A stretch of DNA of 31,098 nt from the NCBI RefSeq assembly GCF_035285525.1, contig NZ_JAYKGW010000223.1, forward strand, positions 1 to 31,098. The letters run 5' to 3'. The stretch is from Okeania sp. Lineage in GTDB: Bacteria; Cyanobacteriota; Cyanobacteriia; Cyanobacteriales; Microcoleaceae. The notes beneath the pieces were generated by a model that saw only the letters and a program-made list of their open reading frames with translations, made no database searches and was not told the DNA's origin. Below, piece by piece: positions 9,838-19,600 of this stretch. The position numbers and the translations under genes are program-made. Every line of letters starts with the position of its first letter. Position 1 is the stretch's first letter.

Positions 9838-12800
9838 TTATCGAGAATGACTTACAGAATTTAGCATTATTTCTTTCAATTCTAACTTAACTTGTTCATA
9901 TTCCACATAAATTTTATCTAATAGCTCCAATGCTCCTTCAGTCATTTTGGCTCGACCTAAAATTTCCATTTCTCTACAAATTTCTGATAAATTGTATGCT
10001 CCGATGCTACCACAACTTCCATTTAAGGTGTGAGCTTGTAATGTCATTGCTACTACATCTTTTTCTTGGATCGCAATTGCAATTTTGTCCAATTGTTTAG
10101 AGCTTTCCTCTAGAAAAATTTCACCCATATTCTCAATAAAACTATCTGCATCTTCCCCAAACATATCTCGAAATTTATCTAAAGCATCTGGATCGATTGC
10201 AGGTTTAGTTGGTTTGAAATTGGTTTGGCTAGAAATTTCACTCTCAAAGTCTTGATGCTTAAGTTTCTCAAAATCTCCATTTGCATCTGAGATTTGGGCA
10301 AATGATTTAGTTAATTCTTCATCCAAGTCTTCAGGTGATATTAGCTCTGGTTCTGCAAAAGTTGGAACTGGTAATGGTTGCTCTATATGCTCACACTTAA
10401 GTAATGCTTGGATTAACTCTTCCACTCGAATAGGTTTACTGATGTAGTCATCCATACCAGCATTTAGACAGACTTCGCGATCGCCTTCCATAGCATTCGC
10501 TGTCATAGCAATAATCCGAGGTCTTTGGGTAGCATCTCTTTCCATCACAATCCGTTTTGTGGCTGTTAAACCATCCATTTCTGGCATATGAACATCCATG
10601 AAAATTACATCATAGGGCTGACGATCTATCGCTTCAATAACTTCCAAACCGTTGCTTACCACATCAGCATAATATCCCATCTTTTCCAGTAATTGGATTG
10701 CCAACTGTTGATTGACTATATTATCTTCTGCTAACAGGATTCTCAAAGGCAAACGATCAGACATTTCTGGATCGATTTCCAATTTTTGAAGAGGACGAGA
10801 TTGCTTGACTTTAATTGGCTGTCCGCCAAAAACTTTGAGTAAAGTGTTGCAAAGTTCAGATTGCTTAATCGGTTTACTCAACAGAGCAGCAAATTCAGAT
10901 TCATATTCGTCTAAATTATCTTCCGGGTAAGCAATCGAAGTTAACATGACTAAAGGTAAGTCCGTATATCGAGGATATGAATGAATTTCTTGGGCTAGAG
11001 TGACACCATCCATTTCCGGCATTTGCATATCCAGAATAGCCAAATCGAATTCTTTGTGACTATCTAGTTCCTCAAGTGCTTCCTCCCCAGAAGCTACTAC
11101 TCGAGGATATATTCCCCAAGATTCCATTTGCAATTTGAGAATTTTACGATTAGTGGCATTATCATCAACAACTAGAACTTTCTTATCGTTGAGTATAGAT
11201 TCTGTATTGAACAAACGTTGATTAGTATCGGAATCAACGACTTCCGTTTTGATGGTAAAGTAGAAAGTTGAACCCTCTCCTACTTTACTCTCAACCCACA
11301 TTCTACCTCCCATGACTTCACTGAGACGTTTAGAAATGGCTAATCCCAAACCAGTACCACCATATTGACGTGAGGTAGAAGAGTCTACTTGACTGAATGA
11401 TTTGAATAATCGATCCTGCTTATCTTCAGGAATGCCGATACCTGTATCTTTGACAGCAAAGCAAATTTCTGTATGGGTATCATCAATATACTTGGAACTG
11501 ATAGAGACTACAACTTCCCCTTCATGGGTAAACTTAATCGCATTTCCCAATAAATTAACTAAAATTTGTCGTACTCTCGTCACATCCCCAAGTACAGTAT
11601 AAGGAGTTTGCACATCAATTATATAAGCCAACTCTAAATTTTTATCTGCTGCTTTCGGAGCCAATAAATCCAAAGCATCTTCTACACAGATATGAATCTC
11701 AAATGGCTGCTTCTCTAACTCTAGGTTGCCAGATTCAACTTTGGAAAAGTCGAGAATATCATTGATAATTGTTAACAGTGAGTTACCACAATTACGAATG
11801 GTTTCGACAAAACTGCGTTGTTTTTCTTCTAAAGGAGTATCTAATAACAATCCCGTCATGCCAATCACCCCATTCATTGGCGTCCGAATTTCATGACTCA
11901 TTGTAGCTAAAAATTCCCCTTTGGCTCTCATGGCAACCAGAGCTTGATCTCGGGTTCGTTTTAATTCTTCTGCTACTTCCTGACGTTGTATTTCTCCACT
12001 AATCCATTGCGCCATTAGTTTCAACAGTTCCTGATTAACTCCAGTAAACGGTGTCAAACGAGGACTAAGACTAGAAAAATTCAGAGTTCCATAAACTACC
12101 CCATTACAAATTACCCGGATGCCAATATATGACTTCAATCCAAAAGTAGTATGACACAGATGATTTTTCCACTCAGGAGTATTCGCAGATTCAATACAAA
12201 CTACTTCTCTGCTTTGCATGGTTTCTTCGCAGTAGACTTGTTTGAGGTCAAAAACTGCTCCTTTAATCGTAGCTTTACTAGGAAGTTGGGCAGCAATAAC
12301 CTGATAGCGATCGCCTTGGATTCGGGAAACAATCCCAATTTCCATATTAAAATGTTTTCGCCCCATAGCTAGCAATCCTTGCAATCTTTGCTCAAAACTA
12401 CGGCCTCGCGCAGAAGTAATTTTGTATAGAGCTTGGATAGTTTCTTTACTTTCCTGAAGTTCTTTAACTCTTTGAGCCATTTGAATTGCGATCGTTAAAT
12501 GTCCGGCAATTTCCTCCATGAGTTCTAAGTCATTCTCTTGCCAATATCGAGGGGAACGACACTGATGAACTATTAATAAACCCCAAAGTTGAGTGGGAGT
12601 GGTTGGAACTTTACCATTATGATTAACATCTTGAGGTGGAGCGGAAAAAATCGGCAGCACCAGATTAGCTTTAACTTCAAATTGCTCTAAGAGTTGCCGA
12701 TGACAGTCTGTTAAATTTGCGGTTTGAATATCATTAACACTCCAATGATAACCATTTTGATAACGAGTTACTTTTCCCTTTTGGAAACAGGTATCAAGAA

Positions 12801-14487
12801 TCTCCAGATGTAAAGTAGGTGTCCATCCTTCCCCTACAGACTCTGCTACAACTGTACCATTCATGTCGGCAGCAAATTGATAAACAACCACGCGATCGCT
12901 ATCTAACAAGGAGCGAACTTCTGTCACTGTTGTTTCTAACATTTTTGGTAAATCTAAGGAAGACCGAATCTGATTAGTAATCTGTGCCACCAGTTTTTCT
13001 CGCTTAACTTGTATATTTAGTTGGCGAGATTTTTCTCGTTGTTTTTCTAACTCACTTTCTTTGACTTTTTGAATTTTTGCTTGACTTTCCTGGAGTGCTT
13101 GCACTTGTTGAGCCATTTGAATCCCGACTGTCAAATGTTCGGCAATTCTATCAATTAATTCTAAGTCACTGTCTCGCCAGTTTCGGGGAGCGTAACACTG
13201 ATGAACTATTAATAAACCCCAAAGTTGATTGGCTGACTCTGCATGGTTTTCCAGCTTGGAGTTAGTGTATTGATTATGAAAGCAAATAATTGGTACAACT
13301 AGATTCGCTTTCACTTCAAACCGCTCTAAAAGTTGGCGATGACATTCCGTTAAATTTGCGGTTTTAATATCGTTTACACTCCAACGATGACCTTTTTGAT
13401 AACGAGTGACTTCACCATTTTGGAAACAAGTATCAAAAATCTCAAGATGTAAAGTAGGAGTCCATTCTTTGCCAACAGATTCAGCTACAACTGTACCACT
13501 CATGTCCGCAGCAAATTGATAAACAATGACGCGATCGGTATCCAACAAGGCACGAACTTCTGTCACCGTTGTTTCTAAAATTTTTGGTAAATCTAAGGAA
13601 GACCGAATCTGATTAGCAATCTTGCCTAAAAGTTGTTCTCGCTTAAATAGTATATTTAATTCGCGAGATTTTTCTCGTTGTTGTTTTAACTCACGCTCTT
13701 TGACTTGTTCAATTGTTTCTTTACTTTCCTGAAGTTCTTGAACTTGTTGAGCCATTTGAATCGCGATCGTGAAATGTTCGGCAATCCTGTCAATTAATTC
13801 TAGATCGCTGTCTAGCCAATTTCGGGGAGCGCTACACTGATGCACAATTAATAAACCCCAAAGCTCTCCAGAAATAGATGATTCTGCATTCTTTTCCAAC
13901 TCGGAGTTAATATATTGTCTATGAAAGCAAATAATTGGTACAACCAGATTTGCTTTCACTTCAAACTGCTCTAACAGTTGGCGATGACATTCAGTTAAAT
14001 TTGCTTTTTGAATATCGTTGACACTCCACCGATGACCACGATCGTAACGAGTTACTTCACCATTTTGAAAACAGGTATCGTGAATCTCTTTATGTAAAGT
14101 AGGAGTCCATTCTTTTCCCACAGATTCAGCCAGAACTGTACCACTCATGTCCGGAGCAAATTTATAAACAACCACGCGATCGCCATCTAACAATGACCGA
14201 ACTTCTGTTACTGTTGTTTCTAGAATTGTTTGTAAATCAAGGGAAGAGCGAATTTGATTAATAATTTTTGCCAGGAGTTGTTCTCGTTTCACTTCAAGAT
14301 TAAGTTTACGAGTTGTTTCTTGCTGTTTTTCTAGTTCACTATCTTGAATGCGTTTAATTGTATTAATAAATTTGTAAGCAGTTACTAATACAATAGATAT
14401 TGTCAATCCTACAATCAAAATAGTAATTAGTAACCATTTATTCTGTATTAAAATAGAGAGTTCGGTGGTCAATGCTAGAGTTTCCAT
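9838..14487 (-). CDS. Hybrid sensor histidine kinase: TM helix, 3 tandem DXCF-type cyanobacteriochrome-like GAF domains, 4th GAF, HisKA, HATPase_c, 2 receiver domains, C-terminal HPt
   Basis: 1549-aa ORF. DTCF lies at aa 137-140, 352-355 and 565-568. The CH motif ([22 protein letters not shown]) lies at aa 167, 382 and 595. H-box SHEIRTP has its His at aa 865. The G-boxes are DTGIGI and GGTGLGLAI. Receiver motifs are [13 protein letters not shown] and [13 protein letters not shown]. The HPt motif is [12 protein letters not shown]. Confidence 0.95.
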   Translation of the reverse strand: METLALTTELSILIQNKWLLITILIVGLTISIVLVTAYKFINTIKRIQDSELEKQQETTRKLNLEVKREQLLAKIINQIRSSLDLQTILETTVTEVRSLLDGDRVVVYKFAPDMSGTVLAESVGKEWTPTLHKEIHDTCFQNGEVTRYDRGHRWSVNDIQKANLTECHRQLLEQFEVKANLVVPIICFHRQYINSELEKNAESSISGELWGLLIVHQCSAPRNWLDSDLELIDRIAEHFTIAIQMAQQVQELQESKETIEQVKERELKQQREKSRELNILFKREQLLGKIANQIRSSLDLPKILETTVTEVRALLDTDRVIVYQFAADMSGTVVAESVGKEWTPTLHLEIFDTCFQNGEVTRYQKGHRWSVNDIKTANLTECHRQLLERFEVKANLVVPIICFHNQYTNSKLENHAESANQLWGLLIVHQCYAPRNWRDSDLELIDRIAEHLTVGIQMAQQVQALQESQAKIQKVKESELEKQREKSRQLNIQVKREKLVAQITNQIRSSLDLPKMLETTVTEVRSLLDSDRVVVYQFAADMNGTVVAESVGEGWTPTLHLEILDTCFQKGKVTRYQNGYHWSVNDIQTANLTDCHRQLLEQFEVKANLVLPIFSAPPQDVNHNGKVPTTPTQLWGLLIVHQCRSPRYWQENDLELMEEIAGHLTIAIQMAQRVKELQESKETIQALYKITSARGRSFEQRLQGLLAMGRKHFNMEIGIVSRIQGDRYQVIAAQLPSKATIKGAVFDLKQVYCEETMQSREVVCIESANTPEWKNHLCHTTFGLKSYIGIRVICNGVVYGTLNFSSLSPRLTPFTGVNQELLKLMAQWISGEIQRQEVAEELKRTRDQALVAMRAKGEFLATMSHEIRTPMNGVIGMTGLLLDTPLEEKQRSFVETIRNCGNSLLTIINDILDFSKVESGNLELEKQPFEIHICVEDALDLLAPKAADKNLELAYIIDVQTPYTVLGDVTRVRQILVNLLGNAIKFTHEGEVVVSISSKYIDDTHTEICFAVKDTGIGIPEDKQDRLFKSFSQVDSSTSRQYGGTGLGLAISKRLSEVMGGRMWVESKVGEGSTFYFTIKTEVVDSDTNQRLFNTESILNDKKVLVVDDNATNRKILKLQMESWGIYPRVVASGEEALEELDSHKEFDLAILDMQMPEMDGVTLAQEIHSYPRYTDLPLVMLTSIAYPEDNLDEYESEFAALLSKPIKQSELCNTLLKVFGGQPIKVKQSRPLQKLEIDPEMSDRLPLRILLAEDNIVNQQLAIQLLEKMGYYADVVSNGLEVIEAIDRQPYDVIFMDVHMPEMDGLTATKRIVMERDATQRPRIIAMTANAMEGDREVCLNAGMDDYISKPIRVEELIQALLKCEHIEQPLPVPTFAEPELISPEDLDEELTKSFAQISDANGDFEKLKHQDFESEISSQTNFKPTKPAIDPDALDKFRDMFGEDADSFIENMGEIFLEESSKQLDKIAIAIQEKDVVAMTLQAHTLNGSCGSIGAYNLSEICREMEILGRAKMTEGALELLDKIYVEYEQVKLELKEIMLNSVSHSR
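12460..14286 (-). repeat. Intragenic triplication: three GAF-plus-coiled-coil-linker modules of about 640 nt inside the kinase gene
   Basis: Modules at aa 68-250, 283-465 and 496-676 are clearly homologous at the protein level, with periods of 215 and 213 aa. Confidence 0.9.
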
Positions 14488-14967
14488 AGTATTAATCTAT
14501 CTCAATTGGGACTTAGGCAGAAACATCATTTTTTGTAGGGGGTAAATGGCATTTGTCCCCTCTACAAATAGGGTATTCTTGCATAATTTCTGTAAGTTCT
14601 GTTTCTTTTAATTTTTATATTTTTAGTTTAGCAGTTTTTTTTCATATTCTGATATTTTGGATTTGGATAAGTAGAGAAATACGAAAAATATGAGACTAAT
14701 TTTATCAAATATTATTACATTAATCACACAACTAACAAGATACAGACAACAGATAGGATCGAATAAAAAAATATTTAAAAATAGCAAAAAAAGTTTAATT
14801 TTGATAATTTATGGCATCTATGATTTTTTTTATTATAGGAATAAATAGCAATTAATATGTAACCACCTTTTTTGTTTAGATTTGGGATTCACGATATTAA
14901 GATTTATAAACCAGCTCCAAACTATTGATTTGAGGTAAAAATTTTATATACCTGAAAACTATGCAAT

Positions 14968-15011
14968 AATTAGTAAATAATTAGTAAATATTTAGTGAAT
15001 AATTAGTAAAT
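14968..15011. repeat. 11-bp tandem repeat x4 (aattagtaaat)
   Basis: aattagtaaat aattagtaaat atttagtgaat aattagtaaat. The period is one helical turn, and it sits in an AT-rich non-coding stretch. Confidence 0.85.
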
Positions 15012-15211
15012 ATACTGATGTTTTTACTTTTAATATTTTTGCTTAATCAGAACTTACGCAACTACAACGTATTTTCGTCATTGCCACCGAAGGGAAGCCA
15101 TCTCAAACCTCTGTTTTTCGTACCTCATGGCTTTAGTCCTATTAATGTTAGTTTTTGTTGATTTTAATGAATAAATAGGATAGTTTATAATGTTAAGTTA
15201 AACAATATAAA

Positions 15212-15313
15212 CGTAATTTTTCTTTCAACTGACTAACCACAATTTCTCAATCTATTCCTTCACCACGTCTGATTTATTCAATAGCTATATCTACTTTTTT
15301 TTAGTTTCTTCTA
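15212..15313 (-). pseudogene. Fragment of a parD-like antitoxin gene (C-terminal half, with stops)
   Basis: High (about 90% by eye) nucleotide identity over roughly 100 nt to the 3' half of the intact parD-like gene (about 23419-23520), on the same strand. The translation EETKKKVDIAIE*IRRGEGID*EIVVSQLKEKLR contains two stops. Confidence 0.6.
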
Positions 15314-15346
15314 TTTATTTATGATTAGACTCTATATATATTTAAT

Positions 15347-15478
15347 GGTAGGATGTGTTTTGCGTTCCGCAAAGCTCCGCTTTATATGTCGGCTCAAGCG
15401 CCGAAACGCTGCGCGACATGAAAAGCGTAGCGTAACGCACCAAGACTCTATATATATAGTTCCTTTGCGTAGTCCTGA
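15347..15478. mobile_element. Inverted, 5'-truncated copy of the 9470-9624 MITE-like repeat
   Basis: gttttgcgttccgcaaagctccgctttatatgtcggctcaagcgccgaaacgctgcgcgacatgaaaagcgtagcgtaacgcacc is the reverse complement of 9505-9590 with a few mismatches. It ends in cctttgcgtagtcctga. Confidence 0.8.
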
Positions 15479-15483
15479 AATAA

Positions 15484-15909
15484 TTAAAAAGGAGGATGTT
15501 CTCCTACTGAATAGAGTACCTGACGCAAATTAACCACTCCTTCTCTATTAAGTTTGAGAGCTTCTATTGTAGCGCGTCCTGTGGGAGTTAAGCCAATAAC
15601 TATAGTAAAATTTTCATTCCAAATAAAATGGTCATGCCATACTTGTTGACGAGGATTATATAACCCTACAAAGTTATTATTTATTGGGTCGCGCCATTCT
15701 GTTTTATTATATTTATGATTGTTACAACCTTGACAAGCAAGAGCGAGGTTTTCTAGTGTAGTTTTTCCTCCTTTACTCTGAGGAATAATATGTTCAATCG
15801 AAAAAGATTGCATGGCAAAACGCGCTTGAATAAGGCAATATTCAAAACAATTTTTTGCACGTTCGATAATAATTTTTCTTTGTTGGGTAGTGACTCTATT
15901 TTCAGACAT
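15484..15909 (-). CDS. Small HNH endonuclease
   Basis: HNH core: IEHIIPQSKGGKTTLENLALACQGCNNHK. Upstream Cys pair: CFEYC. 141 aa. The start overlaps the stop of the upstream ORF. Confidence 0.85.
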   Translation of the reverse strand: MSENRVTTQQRKIIIERAKNCFEYCLIQARFAMQSFSIEHIIPQSKGGKTTLENLALACQGCNNHKYNKTEWRDPINNNFVGLYNPRQQVWHDHFIWNENFTIVIGLTPTGRATIEALKLNREGVVNLRQVLYSVGEHPPF

Positions 15910-16303
15910 TTATTTCTGTTTTTCTTCCTAAGTTTTCCATTAAATCCACTAGAGAAAATCCTCGAATATTAGCTAATTCTACTAAATTTTCTAAACGCTT
16001 GGCTTCAATTTTTTCTATTTCCTCGCTTAATGTTAACAGTCGATTATATTCTGTCTCTTTCAGAGTTTCTGACTCTCGTTTAGTAATTAATTGTTGATAA
16101 TCTTTTTGAATTTCTGGAGGAATACCTTGATTAATTTTTGTCAATAGTTCCGCTTCTTTTTGCGGTAGTATTGAGGTACGACGTTTGGCTTGGAGGGCTA
16201 TTATTTGTGAGGCAAAATGCTCAAAATCTGGCAAACTTAATTGTTCGACTGCTTTGAGTAATTCTTCTGAAGATAGTTGTACTTCTATAGAAATTTTTGA
16301 CAT
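15902..16303 (-). CDS. Hypothetical helical protein translationally coupled to the HNH endonuclease gene
   Basis: 133-aa ORF rich in predicted helices and charged residues. Its stop overlaps the HNH ATG by 8 nt (AATGTCTGA). I recognised no catalytic motif. Confidence 0.65.
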   Translation of the reverse strand: MSKISIEVQLSSEELLKAVEQLSLPDFEHFASQIIALQAKRRTSILPQKEAELLTKINQGIPPEIQKDYQQLITKRESETLKETEYNRLLTLSEEIEKIEAKRLENLVELANIRGFSLVDLMENLGRKTEINV

Positions 16304-16607
16304 TTTTGATATCTTGATTTTTATATTGTAAAATAGTTTAGCATACAGTAGGTTGGGCTAAGCGACAGCGAACCCAACAATTTATCTATCTTTATTAGTT
16401 ATCTACCTTTGTTGGGTTTCGGGGTACCTCAACCCAACCAACAAACTTAATTGTTCCACAGCTTTGAGTAATTCTTCTGAAGATAGTTGTACTTCTATGG
16501 AAATTTTTGACATTTTTGATATCTTGATTTTTATATTGTAAATTAGTTTAGCATACAGTAGGTTGGGTTAAGCGAGAGCGAACCCAACCATTTATTTATT
16601 TATGATT
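16232..16607. repeat. 210-bp tandem duplication (1.8 units) of the leader plus first 24 codons of the 133-aa gene
   Basis: 16232-16397 and 16442-16607 are near-identical. They are separated by a gttgggtt...aacccaac hairpin. The upstream copy encodes only MSKISIEVQLSSEELLKAVEQLSL plus 12 unrelated aa before a stop. Confidence 0.9.
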
Positions 16608-19600
16608 AGTTGAAATTTTTACTTATTTCTTCTAAAGGAGGTGTAAAAACTTCTACTTTATATTCATTAATAGTTTCAGTAAAAATAAGTTCTGAACATT
16701 GGGAACGTAAAGATTTCCATAACATTGTTTGTTCATAATGTTCAAATTCTGCCGGAATGTAATCTAAAAGAGTTTTGGAACAAACAACAATTAATCTTTC
16801 TTGAACTCTCGAAAAAGCTACATTTGAGCGATTAAGATTGAGAATAAATTCCACATTTTTACTAATAGCAGACTGGTCGCTTGCTGTAGCAGAAACAATT
16901 ATATTGGGACGTTCGCCACCTTGGAATTTTTCTACAGTATCTATCACATCAACAGCATTTCCATGGTAATCTACTAATTCTGTTTTCAGTAGGGTTCTTT
17001 GGGCGCGATGTGGAGTAATAATTCCGACAGAACTATCAGGAATTTTACCACCGGCATCCAGAATTTTTTTAATTATTTCTACTTCTACTTGATTATTGCG
17101 TATTGACTTACGCTCAGAATGAAGAACAAGATAAAGACCTCTATTTCCTAGCAAAAGTTTTTCCCAAGTTCCATGTATTTCTTTTTCTTCTATATTTTTA
17201 TCTTTTTCTTTGCCTCGTAATTGAATATTATCTAACTTACTATAAAGCCGTGCAATAAGTTCGCGAATAACTGGCGGTAAACGAAAGGTAAAATTCAAAG
17301 CTGAACATAATATTGCTGTGTTAGGAATTTCAATATCTGGGTTTGATTTTAAGTTTTGAATAGCCTGATATGCACTAACATAAGGTTGGTAAGATACTAC
17401 AGGAGGACGGTCTTCATTTTCCCAATCATGGGTAATAATAGGAGTAAGTTGTCGATGGTCTCCAGCTAACATTATTTCACCATCATTTTTGACTAATGTA
17501 GCTAATGCTAGAAAGTGAGGAAATACCATCATACTTGCTTCATCAACAATAAGAATTGTTGTTTGAAAACCTTGAGGATAATCTTTTAAAAATTTCTTTC
17601 TTTGATTCAGTTCATTAACCATCTTTAAAATTGCATTGGTTGTTCCTCCAATTACTAAAACTGCATTTTTACGCATTCGATTAACATCACTGAAACAAGG
17701 TTTAGAAGAAAAAGAATTAATATTTGTATTTTGAAAATCCTCGTTGTTTTTAGGATCGACTCTGCTAACTTGAATTGATGATAAGTTGAAGTTTAAATTA
17801 GTAGCGTGTTGATTCAAAATAGGTAAAAGGCGATCTAGACGTGATAGTAATTCATCTACAGCTTTATGGGTATGGCTAGTAATAAGAACAATATCTCCAG
17901 GATAACTTCGCGCCAAAATTCTTAAAAAAGTAGCGATCGCTGTTGTTTCTGTTTTACCTGTACCTGGAGGACCTTGTAAAAGTTGAATCCTAGTTTTTAA
18001 TCCATTTATTATTGCTTCTATTTGCTTATCATCGAGCTTTTTATTATTTGGTAATGGTAAAGAGTTAAGAAAGTTTTGATATTTTTCTAAATCATTTTCT
18101 GAAGGATAAATTTGTGGTGGAATTTGAGGATTTTCTGGAGCTAACCATCGACAAACATGATTTCCTTGAGTATTCTGTAATTTTTCATCGACTTTTCCAG
18201 CTATAAAATCTGAGGGACTTTCATCAATAGTGGCAGTTAGAAAAATTTGTTCTTGATTTCTATTACTATAAGAATTACTAAATAACTTATATCTATCGGA
18301 CTGGCTAAAAATAGGAGATAGTTCTATCTGTTTAGTATCCCAATTTATTTCATTTACTATACAGGTACTGCCACCACGCAAAAGTTGATTAATTGTTTGA
18401 CCTTGATGTGGATTTTCAGCGCAGGGACTAAGCCTAACAAAAGAATCTTTATCTATTGTACAATTAGCTTGTAAAAGTTCAGAAGTAATACTATATCCAT
18501 CAAGATTAATTTCTGCTGTTAGTCTATTACCATTAGCTACTATATTTCTAACAGGTATTGTTCGACCTGAAGAAATACGATAGATAGGTGGAACTAAATT
18601 ATTTGCAATCCAATCTGTTACTTTAACGTGCTGATCTAAACGGAGAAAATCTATTCCTGCTTGAGCAGCATTATCTACACCTAAATTAAAATCTGGTAAA
18701 TTAGCAATAGTCAAAGATTCTTTTTTTATCTCTGGATTTTTAAATCTAATTCCCTCTTCAACCCACCTAATAGCATGAGTACGAGCGCGAAAATATTCTT
18801 TTAAATAGTTTGGTTTTTGTGCTTGATTATAATTTTGAATAGGTTTTTTTAGTTCGGCTTTAAGGTTTGAGTCATTAGGGTCAGGAAGTTTTCTCCAATA
18901 AGCACGCCAATAAGCTGCACTAAAAGAATTAAAATATCTTAGTCTAACTTCAAAGGGATGTTTACTAATATTGTCAGTATTTGATTTTGAAGTAGCCCAT
19001 TGATTATTACTTTCTATCTCTAAATTAGTTTTAAAGTCAAATATATCTTGAGAAAAAGCTCTATCTAAATCAACAAATTTTCCATTAATTTTTCGTCGCC
19101 AATGATAACGTCTGCCAAACCATTTAAGAGAAGTTACAACTACTAAATCTCTACCAGTCCATCCCAAAGCATAACGACGATCTACTTCATCATAAAGACA
19201 AGAATAAATTAGTTGTTCTAAACTTTCTCGACAACCAAGTAACTCCCGTAAATGACTCAGAAGTTGAGAACTAACACGGGAACAACCTTCTATCAGTTGA
19301 GTCATTTCCTGACGTGACCAAACATAAAAATGAATGGGAGCTTCTTCTGTTTCTGCAACTTCGGCGATAGTATCAACTAATTCTAATAAAAATCCTTGTA
19401 TTAACTCTTTTTCTGAACCATTGTCTTCTTTATATTCTCCCGTCCATGCAGATGTTTTGAATTTAATTATATCCTTACCTTCAAGTTCTTTTTCTTGGTA
19501 AACAGTTTTATTATTGTCATCTTTTCCTACTTCTATATACTCCTTAATTTTCGGGCATGGTTGCCATTTACCCTCTTCGTTTTTCTCAAATTTTGGATCT

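Noticed and set aside
11402-13265. Plus-strand ORFs inside the histidine kinase gene (11402-11602, 12151-12372, 13077-13265)
   Set aside because: They are antisense shadow ORFs within a strongly supported 1549-aa CDS and show no recognisable domains.
15321-15972. ORFs 15321-15533 and 15790-15972 on the plus strand
   Set aside because: The first is a read-through of the MITE-like repeat (15347-15478) into the HNH gene in antisense. The second is antisense to the HNH/133-aa gene junction.
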